A stretch of DNA of 39,101 bases, from contig NC_068986.1 in NCBI RefSeq assembly GCF_001194135.2, forward strand, positions 45,557,665-45,596,765. The letters run 5' to 3'. Source of the DNA: Octopus bimaculoides (Eukaryota). The notes beneath the pieces were generated by a model. The model was given only the letters and a program-made list of their open reading frames with translations, had not been told where the DNA came from and ran no database searches. The translations under genes and the position numbers were made by a program. Position 1 is the first letter of the stretch, and the number at the start of each line of letters is the position of its first letter. Positions 1 to 11,373 of this stretch are shown piece by piece.

Positions 1-392
1 AGTGTGTTCCTGTTTTGACACCACACTTCCTGCTTAACACATAAACTTTCAGCCCCCTTTTTTTAAACACAACACAATTCTTAATTCCATGCATCCTAAT
101 CTTTCTAACAATTAACTACATGGATTACCATTGAACTTTAAAAGCTCAAAGACAATATAATGTATTGGTATATTTATTTTTCTTATTTCTTATTTTTTAT
201 TTTTTTGTAAAAGACATTTTCATTCTTGAAAATTTGCCATGCAATGAAAGCCGGTGAGAAATCCTTTTTAATCCTCCTTATACACATCTATATTAAAATA
301 TGCTTTCAGTTTAGCATTCTACCTTATTATTATTTCTTATTTTCCTAATATTTCTCCACGTGCGGTTAACACAGTCCCACCATTTACTGACT

Positions 393-394
<2 letters not shown>

Positions 395-457
<63 letters not shown>

Positions 458-530
458 ATGTATATATATATATATACACATATATATACTACGTATGTAT
501 ATATGTTGATATACACACACATATATATTA
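395..530. repeat. Compound microsatellite (TA)n/(TG)n/(TATG)n
   Basis: Read directly from the sequence. Confidence 0.95.
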
Positions 531-584
531 AATTCAACTTACGTTGAAAGTCAACAAACCTTGCTTTAGAAGCGTTGAGATGTA

Positions 585-829
585 TTGAAAGATACGGATA
601 AGGAAACAATTTTATTCTCAAACGCAGGATAATACTAATAATATAGCATGAACAAGATAAACTATCTATATATTGCAGAAAAATCTGTCGGCTGCCAGCC
701 CTGAGACTCGCGTCATGGTCACCGACAGATTTTTTCTGCAAAATATGGATAGTTTTTCCTGTTCATACTATATTATTAACATTATCCTGCGTTTGTGAAT
801 AAAATCATTTCCTTATCTGTATCTTTCAA
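585..829. mobile_element. Foldback / MITE-like element
   Basis: Arms 585-691 and 722-829 (~107 bp) are reverse complements with scattered mismatches around a 30-nt loop; no TSD recognised. Confidence 0.75.
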
Positions 830-832
830 CGC

Positions 833-838
833 GCGCAC

Positions 839-885
<47 letters not shown>
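833..885. repeat. (CA)n microsatellite
   Basis: Read directly. Confidence 0.95.
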
Positions 886-889
<4 letters not shown>

Positions 890-919
890 TGTATTTATAT
901 TCTACGTATGTATTTATAT

Positions 920-1025
920 TAAGGATACGGGGAGGTAAACGTACCAACACTGGTTGTCAAGCGGCAGTGGGGGATAAACAAGATACACACACGCACACAC
1001 ATACACAAACGCACACACATATACA
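920..1025. mobile_element. Fragment of CA-microsatellite-containing SINE
   Basis: ACCAACACTGGTTGTCAAGCGGCAGTGGGGGATAAAC followed by CA repeats resembles ACCAGCACCACTTGTCAAGCAATGATGGGGACAAAC within the SINE at 25283-25619. Confidence 0.5.
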
Positions 1026-1100
1026 CCCTATATGTATACATATATAAAATTTATATAGGAGAGACACCCAAACCTATGACAGGCTGTTAGAAAACAATAA

Positions 1101-1565
1101 ATCAACGACTTAGATATAACAGATAGAGTAGAGATTTTAGCTAAAAGTAACGCCTTTATTATTATCAAAGACCATAAACCGAACTTTGCCCCGAACCTCA
1201 AATACCGCTTGATCAATCCGGCCAAATCCGAGATCGGTCTGGCGAGCGAATACATACTGAGGAACATCAACAACAACATAAAGAGAGCCACCAATCTCTA
1301 CCTATGGCGTAGCACCAACGAGATGATTGCTTGGTTTAATACCAACAAGAAGTGAAGCAGAGCAAGGTTCACTCAGTTTGATATAGTCGATTTTCACTCG
1401 TCTACATCGTAAGGGATATTGGTCAAGGCGCTTTCCTTCGCTAGGGGCTCCATTGACATTAGCGATAGGGACATAGATATCATTATGCGTGCCAGTAAAA
1501 CAGTGCTGTTCAATAAAGGTTAGACCTGGCTGAAGTAATCTGACCCGTGGGGTCATTTGACGGCC
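1101..1565 (+). pseudogene. Penelope-like element reverse transcriptase fragment (degenerate)
   Basis: Frame from 1113 reads DITDRVEILAKSNAFIIIKDHKPNFAPNLKYRLINPAKSEIGLASEYILRNIN...LWRSTNEMIAWF...ARFTQFDIVDFHSS...KALSFA...IIMRASKTVLFNKG*TWLK, ending in GSFDG after a small deletion; several in-frame stops. Not in the ORF track. Confidence 0.8.
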
Positions 1566-1751
1566 ATAATATAAGGGTCAGTAAACACAAGTGTATTTAA
1601 ATAGTTATTATAGAAGATTAACAACACGTTGAGACTAGATATTTTACACATATTTAGATATATCTAATATCTACCATTCGTGAAAATTTCAAGTGAATGG
1701 AATAAATATTTCGTAAGTTATGAGGAAATAAACAAACGATCTTCCAAATTG

Positions 1752-2556
1752 CAATGGCCAAAAGTTAAGGGTCACAGAGAAAAAAATGAACTACTAACCG
1801 AGGTATTTGTTGTTTAGAAGACTGTTAATGGGTTAACAGTTACTTCTTATGATCTTACATTATTGGAACATTCAACTTTCAACATGGCGTCCTGTAATGA
1901 AAAACAAAGGATTGTGTCCCTTCACCAAGAGAGCAAGTCAACTTCTGTGATAGCAACTACTGTAGGAAGACCTAGAAGTGTTGTGCAACGAATTGTAGCT
2001 CGTTTAAAGTCATCAGGATCAACAGATGCTATACCCAAAACTGGTAGACCTCGTAAAACTTCACCAAGACAGGATCGTATTATGATCAGAATATCACTGA
2101 AGGATAGATTTAAGAGTGCTGCTGAGATATCCCGCAACTTTAGCCCCACTTCCGATGTCAACGCATCGCGCAAAACAGTTTCTCGGAGGTTACGAGATTC
2201 TGGGTTGCTTGCTCGGGCATCAGTAAAAAAACCTCTGATCTGCAAGAAGAATCAAAGAGCCAGTTCTCGAAAAGTTATCTCGTGCATGTGTGAAGAAGTC
2301 AGTGAAATATGGAGGAGGCAGTGTAATGGTATGGGGAGTGATTTTTGATGCTGGTTCTGGTCCACTTATTTGCCTACAAGGGACTGTCAATGCTAAAATC
2401 TAAAAAAGCAGATTCTTAGACAGCATGCCCTCCCACATCTCTGATCCTCGTCAGATCAACCTCCTATCTTTGTGCAGGACAACGCTCCCAGTCACACTGC
2501 GGAGAGAGTCAAAGATTTTCTGAGTGATGAAGGGGGTTAATCTCAAGGACTGGCCA
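1752..2556 (+). mobile_element. Tc1/mariner (Tc1-type) transposon remnant
   Basis: Left TIR-like CAATGGCCAAAAGTTAAGGGTCAC at 1752. ATG at 1884 opens an HTH region (GRPRKTSPRQDR...TVSRRLRDSG...KKPL). Shifted frames give VKYGGGSVMVWG, FVQDNAPSH and DWP. No right TIR. Confidence 0.9.
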
Positions 2557-2664
2557 CTCCGAAGTTCCTCATCGATGCCCTACTCTTGACGCCCTTTAGA
2601 ATTTCTACTCTGTTCTCTTTGGTCTCTACAGAGATGACGCTCTGGCAATCTCTAGAAGCCCCTG

Positions 2665-2666
<2 letters not shown>

Positions 2667-2700
<34 letters not shown>

Positions 2701-3191
2701 NNNNNNNNNNNNNNNNNNNNNNNNNNNNNNNNNNNNNNNNNNNNNNNNNNNNNNNNNNNNNNNNNNNNNNNNNNNNNNNNNNNNNNNNNNNNNNNNNNNN
2801 NNNNNNNNNNNNNNNNNNNNNNNNNNNNNNNNNNNNNNNNNNNNNNNNNNNNNNNNNNNNNNNNNNNNNNNNNNNNNNNNNNNNNNNNNNNNNNNNNNNN
2901 NNNNNNNNNNNNNNNNNNNNNNNNNNNNNNNNNNNNNNNNNNNNNNNNNNNNNNNNNNNNNNNNNNNNNNNNNNNNNNNNNNNNNNNNNNNNNNNNNNNN
3001 NNNNNNNNNNNNNNNNNNNNNNNNNNNNNNNNNNNNNNNNNNNNNNNNNNNNNNNNNNNNNNNNNNNNNNNNNNNNNNNNNNNNNNNNNNNNNNNNNNNN
3101 NNNNNNNNNNNNNNNNNNNNNNNNNNNNNNNNNNNNNNNNNNNNNNNNNNNNNNNNNNNNNNNNNNNNNNNNNNNNNNNNCACACACACAA

Positions 3192-3232
<41 letters not shown>
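2667..3232. other. Assembly gap (2701-3180) flanked by (TA)n and (CA)n
   Basis: N run between microsatellites. Confidence 0.99.
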
Positions 3233-3270
3233 GATATATAAAATTTAGTCATATTTCTACCTATCATCAG

Positions 3271-3377
3271 GAATCTGGAGGAGGAATATCGATGTGTTTT
3301 GAAGAAGCAAAATTATCCTAACAAAATATGTAAAATGCCAGCTCAATGGGAGACAGATTACAAAGACAACACTTGTG
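3271..3377 (+). CDS. Cys-rich repeat protein, exon a (phase 2 to 1): NLEEEYRCVLKKQNYPNKICKMPAQWETDYKDNTC
   Basis: Acceptor TTTCTACCTATCATCAG, donor GTGAGT, 107 nt and open. CKMP..WE.DYK..C matches CKMP..ME.EYK..C of the exon at 5997. Confidence 0.85.
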
Positions 3378-3696
3378 GTGAGTAGCATCTTTTTAAAGTA
3401 AAATTTAGAAAAGTACAGCGGTATTGTTTAAGAAATACTGTTTAAGGATTCGTTCCCATTCGTTCGCTACCCTCTATCTGTTGATCAATTTGAGAAAGAA
3501 AAAAGAAAAAGAAAAGAAATAAACAAAGTTGGATTTTAAGTAAATATAGCTGTCAGATTGTTAAATACAAAATTAGACTTTGGTATACCGAAGTAAATGA
3601 AATGCTTAAAATTCATGTCAAATGCGAGCTGGTGAAATTAATTGTGCACCAGACAAAATGCTTAGTGACATTTCTTCTGTATATTATGTTCTGAAT

Positions 3697-4077
3697 GGAG
3701 GCGCAATGGCCTAGTGGTTAGGGCAGCGGACTCGCGGTCATAGAATCGCAGTTTCGATTTCCAGACTGGACATTGGGAGTGTTTATTGAGCGAAAACACC
3801 TAAAGCTCCACGAGGCTCTGGCAGGGGATGATGGCGAACCCTGCTGTACTCTTTCACCACAACTTTCTCTTACTCTTACTTCCTGTTTCTGTTGTGCCTG
3901 TAATTCAAAGGGTCAGCCTTGTCACACTGTGTCACGCTGAATATCCCCGAGAACTACGCTAAGGGTACACGTGTCTGTGGAGTGCTCAGCCACTTGCACG
4001 TTAATTTCACGAGCAGGCTGTTCCGTTGATCGGATCAACTGGAACCCTCGACGTCGTAAGCAACGGAGTGCCAACAC
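3697..4077 (+). mobile_element. tRNA-derived SINE (family 1), full length
   Basis: A box TGGCCTAGTGG (3707), B-box-like GTTTCGATTTCC (3751), 14-bp TSD ATTATGTTCTGAAT at 3683-3696 and 4078-4091; near-identical copy at 27202-27593. Confidence 0.92.
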
Positions 4078-5061
4078 ATTATGTTCTGAATACAAATTTT
4101 ACCGAGATGGACTTTTTCATTCTTTGGTTGTCGATAAAGTAAGTACTAAGGGTCGATGTGATCAAATTGCTTTCTCCCCTCAAAAAAGATGTACAGAGAT
4201 TACTACTTGAAAATATTAAGCTGAATACCAGGAGTGTGTCTATGTACTGAGGTTTGGCTATCTTTATGTTGACGAGAGGCAAGTAAATTCGGTGTCGTAA
4301 ACGAAGTGATTCTTCTTAACCCGCAGTCATGACTGACCGAGAATTCTCTGTATTCGTTTGGAATCTGATTGGTCGGAACTCAGGACAAATCACCTCATAC
4401 GCCATGGCCTACATCAGGTTTTCGAATTCAAAGCATTGTTACAAAGTAATGAAAGTTTCATAAATTCATCTTCCAATCAATTTAAAAAAAAATTGTCCTG
4501 ACTTTCAGATTATGAGATTATTATTGGGGTTAGATATAGAGTTTTCATTTCTAATGAATACTATTTTGCTTAGTTTACGTTCGTATCACTATTATATCCT
4601 GTAAATAAAATTAGTTATTATTGTGATATAAGTTAAAAGATGCAGAATGATATTCATATTAGGAAATATCATTTTTGATAAACAATAGTAATACTAATTT
4701 TATACCAAATTGTTTTTGCTTTGGCATAACTCCATCAGCGTGCATATGTATTTCAGAACTTTATTCTCCTTTGATAGACCTAATTTTGAATAATCTGTAT
4801 AAGCTTTCATAATCTTCTAATAACCTAAGTCAATTGAAAATTTACGAAGTATTTATTATTTATTTGTGAAAGCCAATATAGTTTCATTCCTGTAAGGGCA
4901 AGTTTATTTTCAGTGCCTGCTCTGTATTTCTGTAAGATGTTTTCATCAAACTTGATTAAATTGACTTATTTTCAAAAGCATTTCATTCAATACCATATTG
5001 TCTCTAACTTAGGAATGGTACTTTAGACCTAATACGTCATTATAGAAATATTGCCTCTTCA

Positions 5062-5091
5062 TGCTGCTGCTGCTGCTGCTGCTGTTGTTGT
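5062..5091. repeat. (GCT)n(GTT)n microsatellite
   Basis: Read directly. Confidence 0.9.
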
Positions 5092-5225
5092 TAACTCCAG
5101 GCCAGTGCTGAAAAATATTTTTTACTGAAAGTATGTTGCTTTTTCAAAGTTTATATGTTGCTGGGAAAGTGTTAAAGTTAAGATGAATTTCTAATGTGTA
5201 AATCCTTAATTTATACCAATTTCAG

Positions 5226-5289
5226 AACATCCTTGTTATAATATTTCAAAACCAAATTTGAATGGCATGTCAGATGAAAATAAGTGCAA
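5226..5289 (+). CDS. Cys-rich repeat protein, exon b (phase 1 to 2): EHPCYNISKPNLNGMSDENKCK
   Basis: Acceptor AATTTCAG, donor GTAAGT, 64 nt; phases fit both neighbours. Confidence 0.8.
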
Positions 5290-5996
5290 GTAAGTATATT
5301 GATATTTTTAATGTAATATTATAAAGCATAGAAAACATGTTAGTGAATTAGGTGCCAATACAATATGAATAGATATTCTATTTTATATAATGAAATGTAG
5401 CTTCTCAATGCATTATGTACTATGCTAGATGTTTGGAAAAATAACTGTTATTTATTATTGACATGAACACAAATAGAATATTAATATATCAAAAGTGAAG
5501 AATAATAACTGTTATCAGCCATAGAAGGGTCCATTCTCATCAGAGAATCTTAACTTAGTAAGAAGTATTTCTAAGTAGTGCTTCTAGCTAAGTGAAGGTA
5601 ATTAAGTATTGTGGGAAACATTTTTCAAATTATTTCTATATGCTTACAATTGTAAACATTTCATTTTATTGAAGTAAGTTAAGCTTATGAATGTGCTCCT
5701 TAAAAGGAAAAAAAAAACGTATATAAATGCCATTACTAGTGCAACTGATGAGCTTCACAGTAAACAAAATATTGACTTCTCGAATAGGCTCAGATATATT
5801 GGGAAAAAGTACAGTTGTATGAATCAAACCTACTACATGTTTGTACGTGTCAGTTGCACACAAATGAAAACAAAGTTGATCCTCAAAGGATTTAGTGGAT
5901 GACAATAAATACCGTCAGGACCTTTGTTTCTTCTAATTCGTTTTTGGAAGAGAAAATGTTAAACTTTTACTTTAATTGCAATGTACTTTTTTTTAG

Positions 5997-6085
5997 ATCA
6001 TTGAACTCATATAAATCAAATTTAGACAGTGAGAATTGCAAGATGCCAGATGACATGGAAAAAGAATATAAGTCTTCAAAATGCG
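5997..6085 (+). CDS. Cys-rich repeat protein, exon c (phase 2 to 1): SLNSYKSNLDSENCKMPDDMEKEYKSSKC
   Basis: Acceptor CTTTTTTTTAG, donor GTAAGC, 89 nt; paralogous to exon a. Confidence 0.87.
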
Positions 6086-6822
6086 GTAAGCATCTAAGCA
6101 TTTAAATTATGTTCAGTAATTTTATTTGATAATTGTTTAACTTATGTCTTATTCCCATGAGCTTCTAGCTCAAATCTCATTTTTCATTCTGTTTAGAAAG
6201 CTCATTTTATAGTAATGTTTATGGAACATCATTATAATCATATAGCGTTAGTTATATTGAGCTTGTGTAGCATTTGTAAAAATTTAACAGTTCATTTGAT
6301 ACAGAAGTCATGAATAATAGAAAACATAAAGAAAGAGGGAAGCATAAAATAATACGTAGTCTATTTTAGACATAAATTCTCGATGAAATCTCAAGTCTCT
6401 AAACTCTAAACTTAAAATCACATTTCAAGTGCAACTTAAAATGGTCCAAATGTTGAGTCCAGTCTGTTAAAAATGCTCGTTTTAGAAAACTCTGTTGAGG
6501 AGTGAAAACCATCCAAATTTATAAAAAAATGGATTAATTCCATCATTTACTACAATTGTAGATTTACTATATTAAAAATATTTTGTATTCTCTGGTTTGT
6601 CTCAGCTGTTAGTGAGTTAAAGTTGAACAAGTTTCTTTCCTGAGTTGACACAAGTTCACCTTATTTAAGTCGTCCTCAAAACAAGGTCTTCTACAATGAT
6701 ATTAAAAATTACGGCAAAATTTATGAATATTCTGTTGGTGAATGGAGACTGTTCAATCAATATGATCAGAACAGAAATTTTAGAGAAATAGTCAGCTGGA
6801 AAAAAGAGTGATTGATGAAATA

Positions 6823-8378
6823 CCGTAAAAACCCATGTAATTTACGTACTTTTTTTCGCGGGTGCGTAAATTACATGAATAGATCGTTTCCAGAAAGTTT
6901 TAGAAATTTATTTGTTGAAAAATGACGTACAAATATAAACATTCATACGGGAAGTTGATTAATTTAATGTCAGAATAGGTTTTCACAGAAAAAAATATAA
7001 TGAAGTTGACTTTTATTTATGCCGAACGGTATAATGCTTACTTTTTCTGTATAAATTTACTAAAACCATTAAATAGTTAACTACTTTTTGAAGTTTGACG
7101 TTCATGCTGGTAATCACGGTCCGGGCCATATTTTACATTGCTCGGAGTTTCTACCTATCGCAATGGAGCCCAGCAGTTTCCTTAAATAAATCAGTTTTTC
7201 TCTGCTTAAGAAGTCTATCTTGCGTTTGCCTCCAGGAAGCTATTGTTCGCTTTCTGCGTGTTAGGACTTTGAAATTCATCACTACCGATATCGTCTCTAC
7301 AGCTCTTACTGCATCTAACGCCAATGACAATATCATAATTCATCCTTGCGCATGTAAACTCACTAAGTGAATATGACTTAGTGTTCCTACAGAAACCTTC
7401 ATTTTACCTTATACGATGTTTAATGTCGTTTCACAATCATGTTGAATTATGCACCAGTCTTATGTTCTCTTCATAGAATACTTGTAATGTATGTATTATC
7501 AGTTCTTTTGGTATAGTAGATTTTTGCTATTCTTGTTTATGTCTCCTCACAGACATGTATATTCTAATAAATCGCTTCTTAAATTTTGCACCTCTCTTGT
7601 TCTATAAACACTGAGTTAAACTTGCAAAACTGTTTATTTTCTCCTTTCGATTTTTAATGTTTATTTTAGCGGGTTACCAAACTATCAGTTTGGTCTCCCG
7701 GCTAAAACAGTAATAACAATTTTTAAAGTTTGCTTGACATTTTATAAGTGTGAAAGGGATTAAAATTTCGATACTCCGTATGAAAGGTTCCGACAAGAAT
7801 AGGCAGAAAATCAGAGCTTGAGACAAGAAGACACTTTCAACCAATCAGAATTCTGTTTACATAATCAGTTTGATTGGTTACCTTCCTCTGTCAGTTGAGT
7901 AAAGTGTCATCCAAGCTGATGTTTATTGGTAATTAAACTTATTTTGCAACACTTGTGAGTATTTATCAACCTTGTTTTTGTTGATAAGAATTATCGACAA
8001 CTTTTCTCCTGATCCTGATTTGAGAAGACATACAGAAGTATGCTAAAGATTGGACTTAATCTCTTGTAGGCAAGAAATGTAAAACAAAGTTTATCATAAA
8101 CAACTCAAACACTTCGTAATTCAATAGTTTTCAGTATGATACCTGTTAAACAGAAATTATTTTTATTTAATGAAAATTTTATAAAATCTTATCATAAGTA
8201 AGTGAAATTATGCTAAATACAACTAAATGGAAAACCTTTTCCCCCTGGCCATGTCAGCAATTCTGAAAACCTTTGGGTGCGAATTTTACACGAGTTGAAG
8301 CTTTTTTTTTAACAACTTTTATCCTGAAAATCACCTGCGTAAATTACACAGGTGTGCAAATTACATGGGTTCTTATGG
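6823..8378 (-). mobile_element. pogo/Tigger-like (Tc1/mariner superfamily) non-autonomous DNA transposon
   Basis: TA|CCGTAAAAACCCATGTAATTTACG at 6821 and GTGCAAATTACATGGGTTCTTATGG|TA at 8380 form TIRs with a TA TSD. Subterminal CGTAAATTACA repeats. Minus-strand peptide AVRAVETIS..FKV..IASWRQTQDRL (7151-7336) resembles a pogo N-terminal HTH. Confidence 0.78.
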
Positions 8379-9149
8379 TAATCAATTTTCTTATAATGAT
8401 GAAGTTGGAACTGAAAAATATTCTCACTAGCTGGTGAAGGCATCTTTTATTCATTCTACAATGTTTCCTATCAAAGCTGGCAGACAAACTATAATTTTTT
8501 ATCACTAGATATAAAACCAATTTCCATATAGAAGACAATAAATATTCTACCCAGTATACTATTTGTCCTTATTTATGGACCTGTTCGAGGAAAGACACTC
8601 ATTATGGCAATGAATTTAACTGGGACCATAATAAATATATTAAATAAAATATTAGCTTTATTTTATACTCAATACAAAGACCATATACTTTTGAATTCAG
8701 TCTAAAGTCCCTATACTTTTAGGATAAATTTCAAATATAACAGTAGGATATCTAATGTAATATTCATGTTTTTTTTTCTAGTGTATACTAGTGTGCACTG
8801 CAAGGAAAATGAACTAACATCACTTGACAATCAAAACTACCTTATAGTTTTGACTTGCCTGCAGTTTACCTTGTTTTCTAAGAGTTGCACATTTTAAACC
8901 AGAAAGAAATTCTGATCTATAAGAAATTGTTCCCACTGTAGATTTAAGTGGTGTTGTTACTGCTGCAATTTTTATACTGTTTTCCTGCTGTGTTGTTAAA
9001 ATTATTCCATTTCACATACAACTGATGAATGTAGAGATGTCATATTTTTATGATTCCTGCCTTTAAAAGTCTTGTTATTGCTTGTACAGTCTTATTTGCT
9101 TCATGTTAACAAATATGTTATTTCTATATTCTTTTTGCTATAAATGCAG

Positions 9150-9222
9150 ACACTTATTGCAACACAGAGAGTAGGTGCATGATAACGGTATCCGACAGAG
9201 ACAGCAGAAAATTAAATTGCCG
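9150..9222 (+). CDS. Cys-rich repeat protein, exon d (phase 1 to 2): DTYCNTESRCMITVSDRDSRKLNCR
   Basis: Acceptor CTTTTTGCTATAAATGCAG, donor GTATGT, 73 nt; same Cys layout as exon f. Confidence 0.85.
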
Positions 9223-9603
9223 GTATGTATTTTAATTTTTGTTGATTTTATAAGGTATTTCACATGAAACTTGCTAATATAGGTAAACATTTATGAGAAT
9301 AAAATCCTCATTGCTGCACAATTCCAGTTTGCTCAGATAGTGCAGCTGCAATAGCAACCTTTAATGGCATTTGCTTTAAATACTCAGAACACCAGCTAAA
9401 TTTTATTCAAAGCATACCACAAAAGTGAAATTGTGTGTTGTTTTCAATCATTTCTTTAAGTTTAACTTCAATAAAAGGGAGATCAGCATCTATAGCTCCT
9501 TCAAATCTGCTTGTACTGGATAATCAGGAAATTTAGAGGTGAGTTTAGTAAGGTTAATGTAAAACTTAGACTTTCAAATGTTAGTAGCAGTAGGGAAAAT
9601 TTT

Positions 9604-9605
<2 letters not shown>

Positions 9606-9667
<62 letters not shown>
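9606..9667. repeat. (AG)n microsatellite
   Basis: Read directly. Confidence 0.97.
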
Positions 9668-9670
<3 letters not shown>

Positions 9671-10267
9671 CCATTACATGCTCAAATAAAGTGTACAATT
9701 TTAATAGCTTAATTAACACAAAAGTTAATTAATTTAGTGGTAGTTGAGTGGTATTGCTAGGTTAAAAAATAGAAACTGAGGTCAAACAAGACTAAAGGAA
9801 AAATAGAGAAATTTGTGATAGTAGTAACATTGAAAACAAAGACAAGGTAAAAATGATAGCTTTGGATTAAGAGATGTTTCAAAGCATGTCCTCCAGGTCC
9901 TGATTAAGTAGGAAACAATATCAAAATGAAACAAAGTTAGTAGAGTTGAGTGAGGCATTTGAATTTAGTTATTTTGGTAAATCTGCCATATATTTAATGA
10001 AGGTCCAGAAATGGCACAATTTGAACAAACAAGGAATTCCTAGGTGAGTTGCAACTTTTGCATGGTTTGTTGTGAGTTATATGTTAGATACTGTAGTCTG
10101 TTAAACTGATGAGCAGCAGATGTAGATAGCAGAGATGTTTAACTCTTTTGTTACCTTATTTCTGTTGAAATACATAACCTTTGTTTGGAATTTTTTTTTA
10201 AATAATGAAGAATTTTGTAAAATGATTTTGTCATTGAAAATAAAAAAGAGAGAATATAGAAAGCTTC

Positions 10268-10568
10268 TGAAATATAAAGGTTTTATAAAACCTTTATATT
10301 TCATGCACAAAGGCCCATCTTCAGAAAAAAACAGTCTAGGAAATATCCAGTTATGCAGTTTCTGTTAATCCATTCAATTCCCTTAACGTTATTTAGCGAC
10401 AGCAGCCACTCTCCAAACATAAGTGTAACTGATGCTCCACTGCTACTGCTGCTACACAACACATGGGGATTTGAATGGGTTAACGGAGTTTGCATAATTG
10501 GACATTTCCCAGACTGTTTTTTCCTGAAGATGGGCTTTTGCACCTGAAATATAAAGGTTTTATAAAAC
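10268..10568. mobile_element. Foldback / MITE-like element with palindromic terminus
   Basis: Arms ~10280-10384 and ~10464-10568 are inverted; perfect 36-bp palindrome at 10268-10303. Confidence 0.75.
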
Positions 10569-11000
10569 TTTCTGCATTGTCAAAAACTTTCCTATTTTCT
10601 CTCTTTTTACTTTCTGCAATATTACAATGCTTCAAGCAAACTGCAACACTCTTATAACTTTGTCATTATGTTAACTGGTGTTGGGAATATAAATTAACAC
10701 AAAATTTTGATGAGAGGTTTCAATTTATATAATTTCAGAACACAAAATTTGTAACATAAAACCAAGTGCAGTTTACACTACATCATATCATTAATATTAA
10801 AATCTTGGTTAGTAATCTATAATATAATCTGCTGATATGGTCTACTGACACAAATATATCAACAATATAATGAAATATACACAAACTATGGAATGGAGTT
10901 GAAGACATCATCTTTTGTAGACATAACACTTTTTGCTGATATCTAAATATTTTGATTTTAGTGTACTACACACATACACACACACTTATGTATGTGCACA

Positions 11001-11004
<4 letters not shown>

Positions 11005-11040
<36 letters not shown>

Positions 11041-11337
11041 GTTTGCTGCCACTTCAACTTGGCTGTTCCGTATGTAATTATGTTACTACCATTTTGATTC
11101 CGGAGGACNNNNNNNNNNNNNNNNNNNNNNNNNNNNNNNNNNNNNNNNNNNNNNNNNNNNNNNNNNNNNNNNNNNNNNNNNNNNNNNNNNNNNNNNNNNN
11201 NNNNNNNNNNNNNNNNNNNNNNNNNNNNNNNNNNNNNNNNNNNNNNNNNNNNNNNNNNNNNNNNNNNNNNNNNNNNNNNNNNNNNNNNNNNNNNNNNNNN
11301 NNNNNNNNNNNNNNNNNNNNNNNNNNNNNNNNNNNNN

Positions 11338-11370
<33 letters not shown>
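11005..11370. other. (TA)n, assembly gap 11109-11337, (CA)n
   Basis: Read directly. Confidence 0.97.

Positions 11371-11373
<3 letters not shown>

Noticed and set aside
214-253. Possible upstream exon DIFILENLPCNESR (phase 1 to 2, donor GTGAGA), compatible with exon a
   Set aside because: Weak acceptor (GTAAAAG) and it lacks the terminal Cys shared by the other phase 1-2 exons; the true exon may be in the gap or upstream.
337-741. Long ORFs over microsatellites and N gaps (also 2543-3267, 9501-9732, 10986-11391, 13017-13294, 19222-19541, 35910-36666)
   Set aside because: Artefacts of low-complexity sequence and X translation.
1353-1355. In-frame TGA in the PLE RT as possible selenocysteine
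   Set aside because: TAA and TAG stops occur in the same frame, so simple decay explains it; no SECIS seen.
2557-2666. Minus-strand GIDEELRSGQ resembling the LINE RT LR.EQ.GFR motif
   Set aside because: Too short; flanking residues do not continue the motif.
3697-3770. tRNA-like sequences (also 22720-22790 and 27520-27593)
   Set aside because: They are SINE heads followed by SINE bodies and TSDs, not tRNA genes.
5744-5790. CTGATGA hammerhead-like cores (also 10107, 16149, 18517)
   Set aside because: No stem II closed by GAAA.
8781-8900. Strong acceptor followed by VYTSVHCKENEL...
   Set aside because: No suitable donor before the stop, and no module pattern.
9451-9538. Candidate exon with strong GAG|GTGAGT donor
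   Set aside because: Stops in all three frames from the best acceptor.
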